Below, one piece after another: positions 61,253-64,000 of a stretch of DNA of 64,000 nucleotides (its first letter is position 1; the number at the start of each line of letters is the position of its first letter). The notes under the pieces were generated by a model. The model saw only the letters and a list, made by a program, of their open reading frames with translations, did not search any database and had not been told where the DNA came from. Both the position numbers and the translations under genes were made by a program. Location of the stretch: positions 124,224-188,223 of the forward strand of contig WVYN01000021.1 in NCBI GenBank assembly GCA_011772965.1, written 5' to 3'. The DNA comes from Gammaproteobacteria bacterium (GTDB taxonomy: Bacteria > Pseudomonadota > Gammaproteobacteria > Eutrophobiales > Eutrophobiaceae).

Positions 61253-63889
61253 TCAGTCTGTTTTCAGCTTGATGGAAAGCAGGGCAGGCAGGACGATCAG
61301 TGAGCACATCAGGGTCATCCCGATACCGATAGTCAGTAACAGGCCCATGCTTGCCGTGCCCGGATGGTTGGAAAATGCCAGGTTACCGATACTTAAAATT
61401 GACGTCAGCGCACTTACCCATACCGCCCGTGATGCACTGTTGGCAAGCACCTCTCTGCGGCGGTTGCCGCCAGAAGGCATGGCACGCAGGCGGCGGACAA
61501 TGTGTATGCTGCTGTCTACACCAATTCCCAATATCAGGGGCAGGGCAATAATATTGGCGAAATTGAGCGGCATGTTGATCAACACACTGATGGCTGCGGT
61601 AAATAGAGCCGCGAGCAGTAAAGGCACCATGATAAAGAGGACGTCCGTTTTTCTTTTCAAAAGGATCAACAAAACCAGAACGATGGCAGCGAGGGAATAT
61701 AAAAACGCTTGTTTGAATGCCTTTACCACGGCGTCACTGGCCTTGATACTGGTTATGGGTGGACCACTGACATTGTCGAGTTCTGAGTCAAGTACCTCTA
61801 CGAACTGCCGCAAGTGATTATTATCAGAAAGGTTTTCTTCCGGGTAGATCTCGATACGGTATTCCCCGTTATGTAACCAACGCGATTTGAGTGCCTCGGG
61901 CAAAGAACTCATGCTCACCGGTTTTGCTTCAAGTGCCTCGGTCAGGGCGTCCAGTCGGCCAGGCAGGGAAGCAAGCAGGCTGTGTTCCAGTTGCGCAAGT
62001 AGTGTCGATTTTGTTGCGTTGTTCTGTAGACGCGTAACTGAGATAAACTTTTCCAGATTGTCATGCAAGCTGGCGTATACCGGATCAGTGTTTCCTGATT
62101 CTATAAATCCATGCAGTTTATCCCTCAGCGTAATCATCGATTTTAGGTTTTCTTCCACGGTTGGTGGTTCCGAAATGGAATCCATGATCATATAACCCAG
62201 CAGAAGTTCAATCTCGGTGATAATGGCCAGTTTTACTTCCTGGTCCTCCGGGATAAAATCATCAAGCCATACTACTTTACTCACGATCTTTTTATTCAGA
62301 AGCTGTTTCTCGATCACTTTTGCCTCTTGACTGGAGTTGGCCAGTGTAACCGCAGTCCAGGGTGAACTGTCCTTGTCATCCAGAAGATCCACAAAAGTAA
62401 TGACAGAAGGGTTTTTTCTTGGTTGCAGGTTAAGGGTGTTTTCATCAAAGTTTAACCTGGAAACAAAAAACAGGGATGCCAGGGTGAGTAAACCAGTGAT
62501 GACAAGTATCGTACCTGCATGGGTAGCCGGGAAATGATATAGATAGCGGACAAATTTCCCGTTACGCAGGCGTTTGTCCGCATTGATTTGCGGATGATAA
62601 CTTAATAACGCCGGTATCAGTGTAAGGGTAATGAAGAAACTAATGAACATGCTGGATCCGGAGATCCAGCCGAGTTCGGCGACACCGACGTAATCAGTCG
62701 GGATGAAGGCATAAAAGCCGATGGCGGTGGTGAGTGCACAAAGTGCCAGTGCCTTGCCCAGATCTATGGCCGTGTTTTCCATGGCCTCGAGGTTGTTTTC
62801 ACCGCGCAGCATATGCTCGCGGTAACGCAGGCAGTAATGAATAGCAAAGTCGACACCCAGGCCAATATAGAGCACGGCAAACGCCACGGAGATCAGGTTT
62901 AGTTCACCCACGGTTGCCGTGGCAAAACCGGCCGTATAAATAAGGCCATTCACCAGGGTAACCAGCGTGGCAAGTACCATCCACACGGAACGCAGGCCGA
63001 CAACAAGGACCACTGCGACCAGGCATAGGGCAATAATGACTGATATCTCCATTCCCCGGGACACACTGATCATTTCCTCGTGGGACATGGTGACATTGCC
63101 GGTCAGGCGGACGTTAATATGGTTTTGCCGGTTTAACTGATATTCATCGGCCAGCCGATGAATCCTATCGATGGAATCTCTGGCGGGGAAGGCACCACCG
63201 TAATCGAGGTTGGGTTGCAGGACGATGAATTCCCGGTAAACCGATCGATCCTCGTCTAACCTGCCCATCAATCGTTGCCAGGACAAGCGGTAATGTTGAT
63301 TATTTTTAATTGCAAGCAGGGCGCTGTTGATATCCTTGAGCAGCGGTTCTATGTCAATCTCATCGCCATCCAGTTTTGCCTCGATGGCTTCGGTCACCAT
63401 GGTAAACAGACCTCGCAATGACTGGTCTTCTGTCAGCCTTGCCAGGAAAGGCTGAACCGCTGCCAGGTTATCGGCCAGGTCCTGTAACTCGGTCATGTCG
63501 AGATAGAGAAAGGCCGATCGTTTGAAGTAGGGCAGTCCGGATGGGTAGTAAACACTCTTGAAGTATTTATCTTCCAGGAGTAATTGTTCGTAAAGAATAC
63601 TGCTGGCATCGCTGGCTTCATCCGCAGTCCCCGCTTCTACCACGACTAGTATCAGGTCATTGTACTGGGGAAAATTTTCATCGACCTGGAGGGCAAAATT
63701 CCGCCACTCCAGTTTTGGCGACAGCATGTCACGGGTATCTGTGTTCATGCTGATGTTATCAATGGTATATCGCAGGCAGAAAAAGGCACCTGTAAAAATA
63801 GCGAGCACGATCAGCAGCCGGTATTTTCTAGCGAAATCAACCCAGCGACTCAACGATGCTTCAAAGGCACCTGTTAATGGTCTTCTCAT
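61253..63889 (-). CDS. RND-superfamily exporter of the MMPL/HpnN type (COG1033)
   Basis: 878 aa; two 6-TM bundles each preceded by a large periplasmic domain. Confidence 0.7.
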   Translation of the reverse strand: MRRPLTGAFEASLSRWVDFARKYRLLIVLAIFTGAFFCLRYTIDNISMNTDTRDMLSPKLEWRNFALQVDENFPQYNDLILVVVEAGTADEASDASSILYEQLLLEDKYFKSVYYPSGLPYFKRSAFLYLDMTELQDLADNLAAVQPFLARLTEDQSLRGLFTMVTEAIEAKLDGDEIDIEPLLKDINSALLAIKNNQHYRLSWQRLMGRLDEDRSVYREFIVLQPNLDYGGAFPARDSIDRIHRLADEYQLNRQNHINVRLTGNVTMSHEEMISVSRGMEISVIIALCLVAVVLVVGLRSVWMVLATLVTLVNGLIYTAGFATATVGELNLISVAFAVLYIGLGVDFAIHYCLRYREHMLRGENNLEAMENTAIDLGKALALCALTTAIGFYAFIPTDYVGVAELGWISGSSMFISFFITLTLIPALLSYHPQINADKRLRNGKFVRYLYHFPATHAGTILVITGLLTLASLFFVSRLNFDENTLNLQPRKNPSVITFVDLLDDKDSSPWTAVTLANSSQEAKVIEKQLLNKKIVSKVVWLDDFIPEDQEVKLAIITEIELLLGYMIMDSISEPPTVEENLKSMITLRDKLHGFIESGNTDPVYASLHDNLEKFISVTRLQNNATKSTLLAQLEHSLLASLPGRLDALTEALEAKPVSMSSLPEALKSRWLHNGEYRIEIYPEENLSDNNHLRQFVEVLDSELDNVSGPPITSIKASDAVVKAFKQAFLYSLAAIVLVLLILLKRKTDVLFIMVPLLLAALFTAAISVLINMPLNFANIIALPLILGIGVDSSIHIVRRLRAMPSGGNRRREVLANSASRAVWVSALTSILSIGNLAFSNHPGTASMGLLLTIGIGMTLMCSLIVLPALLSIKLKTD

Positions 63890-64000
63890 GGCAGGGTATG
63901 AAAGTTGTCCGGATTTGTGACCTGGGGGATAGTGATAGCAAAAAAATCCCGGAGCGATCAGGATCTGACATTACACCCGGAAGACGTATTCCTTGTCGGG

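Noticed and set aside
1-64000. CRISPR arrays, IS elements, integrases, rRNA
   Set aside because: I found no regularly spaced direct repeats, transposase/integrase-like ORFs or rRNA-like stretches.

Overview
This is a chromosomal window of mostly core housekeeping genes from what looks like a gammaproteobacterium; the dam, yciA/yciB/yciI/yciO and secG–tRNA-Leu synteny resembles E. coli and relatives. Background GC is roughly 48–52 %. Left to right it contains: nrdR–ribD–ribE–ribBA–ribH–nusB–thiL; a roughly 11 kb accessory-looking stretch (YciA thioesterase, DsrE-like lipoprotein, class II GATase, SnoaL-like protein, class II fumarase, secreted cupin, SSF symporter, GST, flavin reductase, an overlapping MoaD-like ORF and Crp/Fnr C-terminal fragment, hemerythrin); a minus-strand cluster dam–dapE–[CHASE2-TPR-Ser/Thr kinase]–[membrane protein]–[DUF2459-like secreted protein]; bolA–yciI–yciB; yciO, trpS, scpA, scpB, rluB, an HhH-GPD glycosylase, tpiA, secG and tRNA-Leu(GAG). 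Immediately after the tRNA is a short AT-rich islet with a small secreted Cys protein and a 1117-aa MalT-like STAND ATPase that ends in a SARP (OmpR-type winged helix + BTAD) domain. This gene is divergent from an RND efflux operon (NodT OMF, MFP, AcrB-like pump). A complete 14-gene nuoA–N operon follows, with nuoC and nuoD unfused, then psd, the copper chaperones PCuAC and SCO1, and a tightly coupled noncanonical Mrp-like antiporter module (MrpC-like + three MrpD/NuoL-like subunits + an 80-aa TM protein, with no MrpB/E/F/G). The window ends with an HpnN/MMPL-type RND exporter. No CRISPR array, integrase, transposase or rRNA was seen. The most unusual elements are the STAND-SARP regulator next to the tRNA, the CHASE2 kinase operon, the reduced Mrp-like module, and an antisense-overlapping Crp-fragment/MoaD-like pair.
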